This document shows positions 17,260 through 29,500 of a stretch of 64,000 bases of DNA, one piece after another; positions within the stretch are counted from its first letter, which is position 1, and each line of letters begins with the position of its first letter. Position numbers and translations under genes: made by a program. The notes under the pieces are model-generated. The model was given only the letters and a program-made list of their open reading frames with translations. It had not been told where the DNA came from and did no database searches. The stretch is from an uncultured Christensenella sp. (GTDB taxonomy: Bacteria; Bacillota; Clostridia; Christensenellales; Borkfalkiaceae), in the NCBI GenBank assembly GCA_964567885.1, contig CAZMOD010000001.1, positions 13,900 to 77,899 on the forward strand, written 5' to 3'.

Positions 17260-19560
17260 ATGAAAGAATATTTACAACAACTTAATAAAGAGCAATACGC
17301 CGCGGCGACCGATACCGAAGGCGCCGTTTTAGTTTTAGCGGGCGCGGGAAGCGGAAAAACGCGCGTATTGACTTCAAGAATAGCGTACATATTAGACGGC
17401 GGTTTATGCGAACCGTCCCAAGTTTTAGCAATTACGTTTACCAACAAAGCGGCTAACGAGATGCGCGAAAGATTGGTAAATTTTATCGGCGATACCGCAA
17501 ATAAAATGTGGATTTCCACCATACACAGTATGTGTTTAAGGATTTTGCGCAGCTCTATAGGTAGATTGGACGGATACAACACGAATTTTACCGTGTATAG
17601 CGAGGCTGAGTCCGAACGCGTTATTAAAAAAATAATCGGCGAACTCAATTTGGAAGGCGACGCGCTTGCAAAAAACGCTAAATATCATATATCTTACGGC
17701 AAAACCAACGATATTTCTCCCGACCGCTACGTTATCGAGGGAAACGGCAAAAATTTAACCGATTTCGCCACCATATATAAGCGTTACGACGAAGTTTTAA
17801 AAAGTTCCAACGCAATGGATTTCGACGATTTAATTTTGAAAACTTATCATCTTTTGGAAGACGACGAGGACGTTAGAAATTATTACGCCGATAAATTTCA
17901 CTACATACATATCGACGAGTTTCAAGACACCAACAACTTGCAATATCGCATCGCAAAACTTTTAGCGTCCAAACACGGAAACATTTTCGCCGTCGGCGAC
18001 GACGATCAGTCCATTTACGGTTGGCGCGGTGCAGAGATTAAGAATATCTTAGGTTTTAGCAAGGATTTTAAGGGCTCGAAAGTTTACAAACTGCAACAAA
18101 ATTACCGCTCCACTAAAAAGATTTTGGACTTAGCGAACGCAGTGATTAAAAAGAATTCTCTCCGCAGCCCTAAAACTTTATGGACGGAAAACGACGACGG
18201 CGTAAAGATAGAATATTTCGCCGCCGACGACGAGAATTCCGAAGCAAGGTATACCGCAAACCACATTAAAAGTTTGGTAGCGCGCGGCGCTAAGTATAGC
18301 GATTTCGCCGTTTTAATGAGGGTTAACGCCATATCCCGTTCGTACGAACAAGAACTTTTAAGAAACAATATTCCGTTCAAAGTTTTCGGTGGTTTTAAAT
18401 TCTTCGAAAGAAAAGAAATTAAAGATTTAACCGCTTATTTAAGACTTATCGCAAACCCGTTAGATAACGACGCGTTGCTTCGGATAATCAATACGCCTCG
18501 TCGCGGAATAGGCGATAAAACTATAAACGAATTGATAAGGTTTTCTAGTTTTCGGAAACTTTCGTTATTCGACGCTTTGTGTTCGATAGACGAATTAGAT
18601 CTTCCCACCGGCGCGAAGATGAAGTTGGACGCGTTCAGACAAATAATTTTCAATCTAACCGTTTTAAGCGGAACAAAAAACTTAATCGATTTAGTTAACG
18701 AAACGATAAAACAAACCGACTTTTTGTCTCAGTTTGCCGACGAAACGGAAGAAAACGCCTCTAAAAAAATGAACGTAGGCGAATTCGTCAACTCGGTAGA
18801 AGAATATTGCAAATTCAATAAAGATGGCAATTTGGAAGATTACCTTAGTTCCATAGCCCTTTATAGCGATATAGACGAAGCCGATTCTACCGATTACGTA
18901 ACTTTAGCGACTATTCACGCCGTAAAAGGCTTGGAATTCAACACCGTCTTTATCGCGGGCTGCGACGAAACCATTTTCCCGATAGCACGGGCAATAGGAA
19001 GCCCCGCCGATATGGAGGAAGAAAGGCGACTTATGTACGTCGCTATAACGAGGGCGGAAAAGCGTTTGTATATAACGAGGGCAAATAGCCGCTATTTATA
19101 CGGAAATAGGCAATACACGACTCGTTCCCGCTTCGTCTCGGACGTTGCCGATAAACTCGGTATCGACGCTATATCTGACCGTCGTCCCAAAATTACCGAC
19201 GACGATATTTTCGGTAACGATTACGTCGCGAATAGAAAACGTTCTTCGTTTAACGAAAAACGTTCCTATTACGATTCCGCGGAATACGAATACGGGTATT
19301 CGCAAGACGTTCCGTCGTCGGGTTCGGGTATGTCGAGTTATGCAAAGACTTTTTCTCGTCCGAGCGTAAAACAAACCTTAGCAAAGACGGTTAACGCTTC
19401 GCAATATACGATTGGTCGAGCGGTAAATCACAAAAAATTCGGCATCGGCAAAATCATCGGCGTAAAAACGAGCGGCAACAACACGATTATCGACGTTGCC
19501 TTCCAAAAAGTCGGCGTAAAATCGCTTGCTGTAAGTCTTGCCCCTATAGAACTTTTATAA
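17260..19560 (+). CDS. pcrA: ATP-dependent DNA helicase PcrA (UvrD family)
   Basis: 766 aa. LNKEQYAAA, Walker A AGAGSGKT, DEFQDTN, and position before ligA. Confidence 0.95.
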   Translation: MKEYLQQLNKEQYAAATDTEGAVLVLAGAGSGKTRVLTSRIAYILDGGLCEPSQVLAITFTNKAANEMRERLVNFIGDTANKMWISTIHSMCLRILRSSIGRLDGYNTNFTVYSEAESERVIKKIIGELNLEGDALAKNAKYHISYGKTNDISPDRYVIEGNGKNLTDFATIYKRYDEVLKSSNAMDFDDLILKTYHLLEDDEDVRNYYADKFHYIHIDEFQDTNNLQYRIAKLLASKHGNIFAVGDDDQSIYGWRGAEIKNILGFSKDFKGSKVYKLQQNYRSTKKILDLANAVIKKNSLRSPKTLWTENDDGVKIEYFAADDENSEARYTANHIKSLVARGAKYSDFAVLMRVNAISRSYEQELLRNNIPFKVFGGFKFFERKEIKDLTAYLRLIANPLDNDALLRIINTPRRGIGDKTINELIRFSSFRKLSLFDALCSIDELDLPTGAKMKLDAFRQIIFNLTVLSGTKNLIDLVNETIKQTDFLSQFADETEENASKKMNVGEFVNSVEEYCKFNKDGNLEDYLSSIALYSDIDEADSTDYVTLATIHAVKGLEFNTVFIAGCDETIFPIARAIGSPADMEEERRLMYVAITRAEKRLYITRANSRYLYGNRQYTTRSRFVSDVADKLGIDAISDRRPKITDDDIFGNDYVANRKRSSFNEKRSYYDSAEYEYGYSQDVPSSGSGMSSYAKTFSRPSVKQTLAKTVNASQYTIGRAVNHKKFGIGKIIGVKTSGNNTIIDVAFQKVGVKSLAVSLAPIELL

Positions 19561-19581
19561 ACCTAAAACACGACTATTTAA

Positions 19582-21537
<1,956 letters not shown>

Positions 21538-21553
21538 AAATCGCCAAAAATAC

Positions 21554-21582
21554 TTGATTATTTATTTATTATATGCTATTAT
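21554..21582 (+). promoter_or_regulatory. Candidate promoter for yicC-rpoZ
   Basis: TTGATT - 17 nt - TATTAT. Confidence 0.5.
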
Positions 21583-21606
21583 ATAGCGTAGCGATTGAGG
21601 TGTGAT

Positions 21607-22479
21607 ATGCAAAGTATGACCGGTTACGGCAAGGCGGAGTATAATAAGGACGGTATATACCTACTTATAGAACTTCGCACCGTCAACAATAGATTTTTAG
21701 ATATAGTTCCTAAATATCCCCGCGTTTTTTTGAAATTCGACGACTTGATAAGGAAAACTATTTCCTCTAAAGTCGCACGCGGTAGACTTGAACTTTTCGT
21801 TACCTTAAAAGACGTAAGAGAGGGCGGTAAGAATTGTTTAGTGGATTTGGGGCTTGCTAAAGGTTATTACGACGCTTACGTTACCTTGAAAAATAATTTC
21901 CCCGACCTTCCCGACGATTTGTCACTCACTAATTTTCTCAGAATGCCCGACGTCGTTACCCAAACGGGCGAAGTCGACGAAAACGTTTACGAGGATATTT
22001 TGGTTTCCACCCTTAACGAGGCTTTAGACGGGCTTAATCGTATGCGTAAAGTGGAAGGGGATAAGTTAAAAGTCGATTTACTATCCCGTATGGACGTTAT
22101 CGAGGGCTTGCTTCAAAAAATCGAGGCAAGGGCGCCGCTTATTAAAGACTTATACCGCGTAAAGTTAGAGGAAAGGGTTTCCGAGGCTTTAATGGCGGTT
22201 AACTACGACGAAGCAAGGCTTTTGCAAGAAGTCGCCATTTTTGCCGACAAAAGCAACGTAGACGAAGAAATCACTCGTCTTAAATCTCATATCTCGCAAT
22301 ACCGCGCCATCGTCGATAAAGAAAACGCGGGTAGAAAACTTGACTTTTTGGTTCAGGAATTCAATCGCGAAACCAACACGATTTGTTCCAAATCAAACGA
22401 TATAGAAATAACCGATTGCGCTTTAAAATTAAAATGCGAAATCGAAAAAATAAGAGAACAAATTCAAAATATCGAATAG
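21607..22479 (+). CDS. yicC: YicC/YloC family stress-induced protein
   Basis: MQSMTGYGKA... N-terminus and C-terminal EFNRETNTICSK motif. GAGGTG RBS favours ATG 21607 over the tracked TTG at 21595. Confidence 0.9.
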   Translation: MQSMTGYGKAEYNKDGIYLLIELRTVNNRFLDIVPKYPRVFLKFDDLIRKTISSKVARGRLELFVTLKDVREGGKNCLVDLGLAKGYYDAYVTLKNNFPDLPDDLSLTNFLRMPDVVTQTGEVDENVYEDILVSTLNEALDGLNRMRKVEGDKLKVDLLSRMDVIEGLLQKIEARAPLIKDLYRVKLEERVSEALMAVNYDEARLLQEVAIFADKSNVDEEITRLKSHISQYRAIVDKENAGRKLDFLVQEFNRETNTICSKSNDIEITDCALKLKCEIEKIREQIQNIE

Positions 22480-22526
22480 TTCTTTTCCAAAAATCACAAA
22501 ATCAACTAATTTCGGAGGATGATATT

Positions 22527-22730
22527 ATGATACACGAACCGCCCATCGATACGCTCGCAAAACAAATCGGTTCTAAATACGCTTTATGCGTCGTCGCAAG
22601 CAAACGCGCCCGCCAAATTTTGGACGGAACGCTGGTTAACGGAAATAAAGAAGCGGTTGTCGACGGTAAACCGTTGTCTCTTGCCGCGGAAGAAATCTAC
22701 GAAGGCAAAGTTACTGCAACGAAATATTAA
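22527..22730 (+). CDS. rpoZ: DNA-directed RNA polymerase subunit omega
   Basis: 67 aa. PPIDTLAKQIGSKYALCVVASKRARQI with GGAGG RBS. The tracked ORF start at 22383 is an out-of-context extension overlapping yicC. Confidence 0.9.
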   Translation: MIHEPPIDTLAKQIGSKYALCVVASKRARQILDGTLVNGNKEAVVDGKPLSLAAEEIYEGKVTATKY

Positions 22731-22737
22731 CGCTCGT

Positions 22738-22771
22738 ATGTTCATAGCTTTTGCTATGAGCATATTTTTTC
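22738..22771 (+). terminator. Rho-independent terminator after rpoZ
   Basis: 11-bp stem ATGTTCATAGC / GCTATGAGCAT (one G-U pair), TTTT loop, then A-T6. Confidence 0.8.
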
Positions 22772-22790
22772 TTACGGAGATTTTTTCATT

Positions 22791-24983
22791 ATGATTGCCG
22801 AAGTAATAGTCGACATCGCTACTAGCGAAGTAGATAAAATATTCGATTATTCATGCACCGCGGAGGTATCCGTCGGGTGCCGCGTCGTCGTGCCTTTCGG
22901 TAATCTAAAAATAGAAGGTTTCGTTATCGGCATAAAAGAAAAAAGCGATTACGGAAAAGGCGTAAAACCTATTTTACGCGTTATCGACGATACCCCTGCG
23001 GTTACTAAAGAGTGTTTAGCGCTAATGCGTTTTATGTGCGCTAAATATCATATACCTTGCGCGCTTTCACTCCGTCAGTTTTTACCCGCCGAAATGAGAA
23101 AGGGTAAAGTTAGAGAAAAACTCGTTAAAATCGCCAATATAAACGCCGAGATACCGTTTCCCGAAATGATTACGGCAACACGAAAATCCGCAAAAGAGCA
23201 AATCGCCGCGCTAAATTATTTATCCGACGGAAAAAAGGTTAAATTAAGCGACCTTAACAAAAAATTCGGCTCTTCCGCAATGAATAGATTGCTATTGAAA
23301 AATTTCGTTTTAACGGAAGAAGTGCGGTTAAATCGTTCCCCGTACGAAGCGGTGGAAGGCGAAAGAAAAAACGTCGAACTTTTGAAAGAACAAGTCGATG
23401 CTATTTCGTCGATTGAAACGACCGATAAAACTATAACTCTTCTTCACGGCGTAACCGGAAGCGGAAAAACCGAAGTGTATTTAAGGCTTATAAAAAAGGC
23501 TTTGGACGAAGGCAAAACCGCGATTATGTTAGTGCCTGAAATTTCTTTAACGCCTCAAATGCTTCGTCAACTGCGCGCGGCTTTTCAAGATAACGCTGCG
23601 ATATTGCATAGCGGTTTAAGCGCGGGCGAAAAGTTCGACGAGTGGTGGAGGCTTCGCTCGGGCGAGGCAAAGGTTGCTGTAGGCGCGCGCTCGGCGATAT
23701 TCGCGCCTTTGGAAAACTTAGGCGTGATAATAATAGACGAGGAACACGACGGAAGTTACGTAAGCGAATCCAGTCCTCGTTACGATACCAAAGACGTTGC
23801 TAAGTTTAGAGCCGAATATAACGGTTGTAAGTTGATTTTAGGAAGCGCCACGCCTTCCGTCGAAACTTATTTAAAAGCAAAAAACGGCGAATATAATTTA
23901 GCCGTGATGCCAGAAAGAATAAACAAAAGACCTCTTCCCGAGATGTATATTGCAGATATGCGTAAGGAAGTCAGAAGAGGTAATAATTCGGCGTTTTCAT
24001 ACGCCCTTCAAGAAGAATTGAAAAAGTGCTTGGACGCGGGCAACCAAGCCATTATATTTTTAAATAGGCGTGGGTATTCGCAAAGAATAATTTGCCGCGA
24101 ATGCGGTTACGTCGCTAAATGCGAAAACTGCGATATAGCCCTTAACTATCATTCGGTCGGAAATATTTTAAAATGTCATTTTTGCGGTGCTACTTATAAA
24201 ATGCTCGACGCGTGCCCCGAGTGCGGAAGCGTACATATAAACTATTACGGTACGGGTACGCAAAAAGTAGTCGACGATTTAAAGGCGCTATATCCAACGG
24301 CGAAAATTTTGCGTATGGATAACGATACTACGTCGACTAAAGAGGGGCATTACAAAATTTTATCGGCTTTTGCTAAAAAAGAAGCGGATATTTTGGTCGG
24401 AACGCAAATGATAGCCAAAGGACACGACTTTCCGTCGGTTACTTTGGTAGGCATATTAGACGCCGATATGAGTTTGCTATTCGCCGATTATCGTAGCGGC
24501 GAAAGAACCTTCCAACTACTTACTCAAGTGGCGGGAAGAAGCGGCAGAGCCGACGAAAAAGGCGTGGTCGTTCTTCAAACGTATCAACCCGACAACGCGA
24601 TTTTACGCTTTGCCACTAAATACGACTATCAAGGTTTTTTCCAAAGGGAAAATTCTTTGCGTCGCGCAACTTTTTATCCGCCTTACGCAACCATCTTACG
24701 CGTTATGATAGAAAGCGAAGACGACGAGTCGGCGCTAAACGCTTTAAAAGCGGTAAATGAAAAACTTTACGATTTATATTTAAAAAACGACGATAAATTT
24801 TTGTTTTACAACAAGATGAAGTCGCCGATTAAGAGATTGAAAAACAAGTACCGTTATCAGGTGCTTATGAGAATAAAAGAAGGAAACGACTCTTTAATAG
24901 ACGAGATATACGATTTAGCCCTTCCCGAAAAAACTCAAAAAGTTCTAGTTTACGTGGAAGTTAATCCGTCTAATTTGAGTTAA
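22791..24983 (+). CDS. priA: Primosomal replication-restart helicase PriA
   Basis: 730 aa. Walker A GVTGSGKT, DEEHD, Cys-rich Zn insertion CRECG...CENC...CHFCG...CPECG. Confidence 0.96.
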   Translation: MIAEVIVDIATSEVDKIFDYSCTAEVSVGCRVVVPFGNLKIEGFVIGIKEKSDYGKGVKPILRVIDDTPAVTKECLALMRFMCAKYHIPCALSLRQFLPAEMRKGKVREKLVKIANINAEIPFPEMITATRKSAKEQIAALNYLSDGKKVKLSDLNKKFGSSAMNRLLLKNFVLTEEVRLNRSPYEAVEGERKNVELLKEQVDAISSIETTDKTITLLHGVTGSGKTEVYLRLIKKALDEGKTAIMLVPEISLTPQMLRQLRAAFQDNAAILHSGLSAGEKFDEWWRLRSGEAKVAVGARSAIFAPLENLGVIIIDEEHDGSYVSESSPRYDTKDVAKFRAEYNGCKLILGSATPSVETYLKAKNGEYNLAVMPERINKRPLPEMYIADMRKEVRRGNNSAFSYALQEELKKCLDAGNQAIIFLNRRGYSQRIICRECGYVAKCENCDIALNYHSVGNILKCHFCGATYKMLDACPECGSVHINYYGTGTQKVVDDLKALYPTAKILRMDNDTTSTKEGHYKILSAFAKKEADILVGTQMIAKGHDFPSVTLVGILDADMSLLFADYRSGERTFQLLTQVAGRSGRADEKGVVVLQTYQPDNAILRFATKYDYQGFFQRENSLRRATFYPPYATILRVMIESEDDESALNALKAVNEKLYDLYLKNDDKFLFYNKMKSPIKRLKNKYRYQVLMRIKEGNDSLIDEIYDLALPEKTQKVLVYVEVNPSNLS

Positions 24984-24993
24984 GGTTTATATT

Positions 24994-25449
24994 ATGGCTT
25001 TAAGAAAAATCGTTCAAATAGGAGATCCCGTTTTAAGAAAAAAATCCTTACAAGTAACCGATTTCGGTCCTGAAACCGCCGAACTTTTAGACGATATGAA
25101 GGAAACTTTGATAAAAGCCGAGGGTGCGGGACTTGCCGCCGTTCAAGTAGGCGTTTTAAAAAGAATTTTCCTTGTATCGGTTGAGGAAGGTTATTTTGAA
25201 TTTATAAACCCCGTTATAGTAAAAACGGCGGGCACTCAATCCGGAAAAGAAGGATGCCTTTCTATCCAAAAAAAATACGGCGAAGTCGAACGCCCAAACA
25301 AAGTGGTTATAAGGGCGCAAGATAGGTACGGAAAGCCTTTTAAACTTACCGCGTACGAATTTTTTGCACGCGCGATTTGCCACGAATACGACCATTTAGA
25401 CGGTGTTTTGTATATAGATAAAGCCACGCGTATAGAGGTGTCCGATTGA
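24994..25449 (+). CDS. def: Peptide deformylase
   Basis: 151 aa with GAGLAAVQVG, EGCLS and HEYDHL motifs. Confidence 0.96.
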   Translation: MALRKIVQIGDPVLRKKSLQVTDFGPETAELLDDMKETLIKAEGAGLAAVQVGVLKRIFLVSVEEGYFEFINPVIVKTAGTQSGKEGCLSIQKKYGEVERPNKVVIRAQDRYGKPFKLTAYEFFARAICHEYDHLDGVLYIDKATRIEVSD

Positions 25450-26378
25450 AAGTAATATTTTTAGGTACGCCGAGTTTTGCGGTACCGTCGTTAAACGCTC
25501 TTTTAAAATCGTCCCACCAAGTTTTAGCCGTCGTTACTCAACCGGATAAAAAGGTCGGACGCGAGCAAAAAGTGGTTTTTTCACCCGTAAAAGAATTAGC
25601 GCTAAGTTGCGGCGTTAAAGTTTTACAATACGATAAAATACGTTTGCAAGGCGTGGAAGATTTAAAAAGTTTAAACGCCGATATTATGATAAGTTGCGCT
25701 TACGGGCAAATTTTATCGCAGCAAATTATAGATATTGCGCCGCACGGTATTATTAACGTACACGGTTCTCTACTTCCCAAATACAGAGGCGCCGCGCCCA
25801 TTCAACAAGCGGTTATCGACGGAGAAGAAGAAACGGGCGTAACGATTATGCAAACGGAAGCGGGTATAGACACCGGTGATATTTTATCGGTAGTAAAAAC
25901 GCCTATCGGAAAATATGAAACCGCCGGTGAACTTTTCGATAGATTAGCGGTTTTAGGCGCCGAACTTTTAGTCCAAACCTTAGACGAAATCGAACGCGGC
26001 GCAGTAACGCCCGTGAAGCAAGACGACTCTAAAGCGACGCACGTATCGATGATTAAAAAAGAGGACGGTTTAATAGATTTTTCCGATTCCGCCGAAGTAA
26101 TTTTCAATAAAATACGCGGTATGAATCCTTGGCCCATAGCCTTTACTAATTTAAACGGCAAAACCCTTAAGATTTTTAAAGCCGAAGTCTTAAAAGATCG
26201 TAACGAGGAAGGGAAAATCGGAGAAGTCGTTGTTGCCGATAAAAATCAAGGTGTCGTCGTAAAATGCGGCAAGGACTTTTTAGAAATAGTCGAACTGCAA
26301 TTAGAGGGCGGAAAGCGTATGCAAGCACGCGACTTTATACTCGGAAGAAAAATCGCCGTCGGCGATATTTTGAAATGA
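25446..26378 (+). CDS. fmt: Methionyl-tRNA formyltransferase
   Basis: 310 aa. MKVIFLGTPSFAVP and HGSLLPKYRGAAPIQ. TTG start overlaps the def stop (TTGA). Confidence 0.95.
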   Translation: MKVIFLGTPSFAVPSLNALLKSSHQVLAVVTQPDKKVGREQKVVFSPVKELALSCGVKVLQYDKIRLQGVEDLKSLNADIMISCAYGQILSQQIIDIAPHGIINVHGSLLPKYRGAAPIQQAVIDGEEETGVTIMQTEAGIDTGDILSVVKTPIGKYETAGELFDRLAVLGAELLVQTLDEIERGAVTPVKQDDSKATHVSMIKKEDGLIDFSDSAEVIFNKIRGMNPWPIAFTNLNGKTLKIFKAEVLKDRNEEGKIGEVVVADKNQGVVVKCGKDFLEIVELQLEGGKRMQARDFILGRKIAVGDILK

Positions 26379-27613
26379 TTATTTTATTTTACGATTGTTA
26401 TAGAATTTTAAGCGAAGTTTATAAAAACGGCGCTTATTTAAAACAAGCGGTGAATTCCGTCGAAATCGAAGAATTAAACAGACCTAAGACCACTAAGATT
26501 TGTTACGGGGTTTTAGATAAGGATATCGAACTTGAATATTATCTTGGTATTCTTTGTCAAAAAAGCCCCAAGCAGTCTATAAAAATTATTCTTAAAATAG
26601 CGTTATATTGTTTAAAATATCTTGAAAAAAAGCCTTACGCCGTAATAGATAGCGCGGTAGAATTATCTAAAAAACTCGGTAAAGGCGGAAATTCGGGTTT
26701 TATTAACGCGGTTTTAAGAAAATTCGTAAAAACCGAAATACCTTTTCCGTCCGATAAAATTAAGCGCTTATCGGTGCGATATTCTTACCCTGAATTCGCT
26801 GTTAAACGACTTTTAAAAACCTACGGAGAAACGGCGGAAGATATTTTATCTTGCGACGAAGAAAAAACCTTCGTGCGATTTAAAAACGGTATCGACGGCG
26901 AAAAGTATTTAATAGAGAAAGAATATTCTTTTTCGAAAACGCCTTTTTGCAATCTTTTTTCCGTTCCGAAAATGAAAATGGACGAAGATTTTTATAAGGG
27001 GATTTATACTTTTCAGTCGGTGGGCTCGGTGGCTATTTGTAACGTAATAGCGGAGTCCGGCGATATTTTGGACGCTTGCGCGGCGCCCGGCGGTAAGTCG
27101 GTTTTGCTTTCCGAAAGGGTAAAAACGGTTACCTCGTGCGAGGTGCACGAGCATAGACTTGAACTTATCAAAAGTTATATAAATCGTATGGGCTCTAAAA
27201 ACGTTACGCCTTTTTTATGCGACTCGTCGACCTTTAACGGTGAATTTGAAAACGAATTCGACGCCGTTTTGTGCGACGTACCGTGTAGCGGTTACGGAAC
27301 TTTAAAAAATAATCCCGATATAAAACTTAAAAATATCGATTTTACGCAATTAAACGATTTGCAATACGCTATTTTAAAAAACTGTTCACGCTACGTAAAA
27401 AAAGGCGGAAGTTTATATTATTCCACTTGCACGCTTTTTAAAGAGGAAAACGACGATATCGTTAGGAAGTTTTTGTCTTCAGACGGCGGTTACGAGTATT
27501 CCGAAATAAACAGTCCGCTATCGCATAAAAAGACCGAGTACGGGCTTCAATTTTTGCCAAATATTTCTATGGGCGCGGGATTTTACGTTTGTAAATTAAT
27601 TAAAAAATTATGA
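26375..27613 (+). CDS. rsmB: 16S rRNA (cytosine-C5)-methyltransferase RsmB
   Basis: SAM motif DACAAPGGKS and catalytic DVPCSG. ATGA overlap with the fmt stop. The tracked 26264 start is an Arg-rich out-of-context extension. Confidence 0.9.
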   Translation: MIILFYDCYRILSEVYKNGAYLKQAVNSVEIEELNRPKTTKICYGVLDKDIELEYYLGILCQKSPKQSIKIILKIALYCLKYLEKKPYAVIDSAVELSKKLGKGGNSGFINAVLRKFVKTEIPFPSDKIKRLSVRYSYPEFAVKRLLKTYGETAEDILSCDEEKTFVRFKNGIDGEKYLIEKEYSFSKTPFCNLFSVPKMKMDEDFYKGIYTFQSVGSVAICNVIAESGDILDACAAPGGKSVLLSERVKTVTSCEVHEHRLELIKSYINRMGSKNVTPFLCDSSTFNGEFENEFDAVLCDVPCSGYGTLKNNPDIKLKNIDFTQLNDLQYAILKNCSRYVKKGGSLYYSTCTLFKEENDDIVRKFLSSDGGYEYSEINSPLSHKKTEYGLQFLPNISMGAGFYVCKLIKKL

Positions 27614-28656
27614 TACTTGCCGATTTAACTTTAGACAATTTAAAAAAAATAATCGAAGACCTTGACGAAAAGCCGTTTAGAGCCGCGCAAATTTTTAGAA
27701 ACGTTCATAACGGAAAATCTATTTCCGAGATGACGGATATTTCTAAAAGTTTAAAGCAAAAACTTTTGGAAAACTATTCCGATTGCGGGCTTGAAGTTAT
27801 AAAAGAACTGACCTCGAAAGACGGTACCAAAAAGTTTCTTTTTAGGTTAAACGACGGTAACGTTATAGAAGGCGTTTTGATGAGTTATAAGTACGGAAAT
27901 ACTTTATGCGTTTCCACACAAGTCGGTTGCCGTATGGGGTGCGCTTTTTGCGCGTCTACTTTAGAAGGCTTAATAAGAAATTTAACCGCCGGCGAGATTT
28001 TGTCCGAAATTTTAGTGATAAATAGACGAATCGGCGGCGATATAACTAAAAGGAAGATAACCAACGTCGTTTTAATGGGTAGTGGAGAGCCTTTAGATAA
28101 CTACGACCAAGTTATTGCCTTTTTAAGGCTTTTATCTTCGCCTGACGGCATAAATATAAGCCCGCGCAACGTTAGTTTGTCTACTTGCGGTTTGGTTCCT
28201 AAAATGCTAACTTTGGCGGACGAAGGGCTTGCGGTAAACTTGACGCTTTCGCTTCACTCGCCCTTCGACGAGGAAAGGCGGAAAATTATGCCCGTTGCCA
28301 ACGCTTACGAAATAAAAGATATCGTTTTCGCGCTCGATAACTATTTTAAAAAGACGGGAAGGCGTTATTACCTCGAATATTCTTTAATCGAAGGTGTAAA
28401 CGACACCGACCGCTGCGCTTTGCAGTTGCAAAAATTATTTAGGGGTAAGCCTTGTCATATAAACCTTATAAGGCTTAACTCGGTAAAAGAAAAAAATCTC
28501 GTCGCAACTTCCGATAAAAAAGCCGACGAATTTATGAAAAAACTTACGAGTTTAGGATTGTCCGCAACCATACGCCGCCGCATGGGCGACGATATAGACG
28601 GTGCTTGCGGACAATTAAGAAGAAGATACGTTGAAAAAGGAGATAACGCCGATTAA
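27610..28656 (+). CDS. rlmN: 23S rRNA/tRNA A2503 methyltransferase RlmN (radical SAM)
   Basis: 348 aa. CRMGCAFCAS cluster motif and MGSGEPL. ATGA overlap with rsmB. Confidence 0.95.
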   Translation: MILADLTLDNLKKIIEDLDEKPFRAAQIFRNVHNGKSISEMTDISKSLKQKLLENYSDCGLEVIKELTSKDGTKKFLFRLNDGNVIEGVLMSYKYGNTLCVSTQVGCRMGCAFCASTLEGLIRNLTAGEILSEILVINRRIGGDITKRKITNVVLMGSGEPLDNYDQVIAFLRLLSSPDGINISPRNVSLSTCGLVPKMLTLADEGLAVNLTLSLHSPFDEERRKIMPVANAYEIKDIVFALDNYFKKTGRRYYLEYSLIEGVNDTDRCALQLQKLFRGKPCHINLIRLNSVKEKNLVATSDKKADEFMKKLTSLGLSATIRRRMGDDIDGACGQLRRRYVEKGDNAD

Positions 28657-29500
28657 AGGATTTATTATAAAAAGCCGCTCTAAAGAATTTACCGTATTAT
28701 CGGGCGGAAATGAATACGTTTGCGCTGCGCGCGGAAATCTTAAAATCAAGGACAAAAAATTGATTACGGGCGATATCGTTGAATTCGACGGTGGAGTGAT
28801 AACGAAAATTTTCGATAGAAAGTCGGTTATCGGTAGACCGAAAGTCGCTAACGTCGACGCGGTAAATTTAGTTATCGCCACGAGTCCCGCACCCGATTAT
28901 TTATTAGTCGATAAAATGATTATCGATTGCGTTCAGCGCGGAATATCCGTTTATATAACAGTAAACAAATGCGACGTCGATAGGAAAACCGCCGATTACG
29001 TTTTAAAAAACTATTCTAACGCGGTTGACGGAATTTTTACGATAAGCGCCGAAACGGGTGAGGGGATAGACGAAATTATTTCAACTTTTTCCGGTAAAAT
29101 TTGCTGTTTGGCGGGGCAATCTGCGGTCGGTAAGACTTCGCTTTGCAACGCCGTATTCGGAAAAGACGAAGCGGTCAACTCGCTAAGCGAAAAAACCAAC
29201 CGCGGACGCCACACGACGACCTCTCGTGAGATACATTATTCCGACGACCTTTTCGTCGTGGATACCCCGGGGTTTTCCTCGTTCGATTTGGAAACGGTTA
29301 AAAGCGTCGAACTTCTAAATTATTACAAGGATTTTTTGCCGTATAACGGCAAATGCTACTACGTCGGTTGCGTACATATAAACGAACCCGATTGCGCCTT
29401 AAAAGCCGCTTTAGAACAAGGAAAAATATCTAACGATCGGTATTTAAGATACATTTCTATATATAAGGAAATTAGAGAGTATGAAAAACGCAAATATTAA
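28631..29500 (+). CDS. rsgA: Ribosome small-subunit GTPase RsgA
   Basis: 289 aa. Circularly permuted GTPase (VNKCD ... GQSAVGKTSL ... DTPGF) with a C-terminal Zn motif. TTG start overlaps the rlmN 3' end and is uncertain. Confidence 0.88.
   Translation: MKKEITPIKGFIIKSRSKEFTVLSGGNEYVCAARGNLKIKDKKLITGDIVEFDGGVITKIFDRKSVIGRPKVANVDAVNLVIATSPAPDYLLVDKMIIDCVQRGISVYITVNKCDVDRKTADYVLKNYSNAVDGIFTISAETGEGIDEIISTFSGKICCLAGQSAVGKTSLCNAVFGKDEAVNSLSEKTNRGRHTTTSREIHYSDDLFVVDTPGFSSFDLETVKSVELLNYYKDFLPYNGKCYYVGCVHINEPDCALKAALEQGKISNDRYLRYISIYKEIREYEKRKY

Noticed and set aside
17256-17648. 130-aa ORF antisense to the 5' end of pcrA
   Set aside because: It overlaps the conserved helicase Walker A region on the opposite strand. 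It has no RBS or promoter and no recognisable motif.
22383-22526. N-terminal 48-aa extension of the rpoZ ORF; the same issue applies to 26264..26374 upstream of rsmB
   Set aside because: The extensions are Arg/Lys/Asn-rich and overlap the 3' ends of yicC and fmt in another frame. Canonical N-termini with good RBS or ATGA coupling exist at 22527 and 26375.
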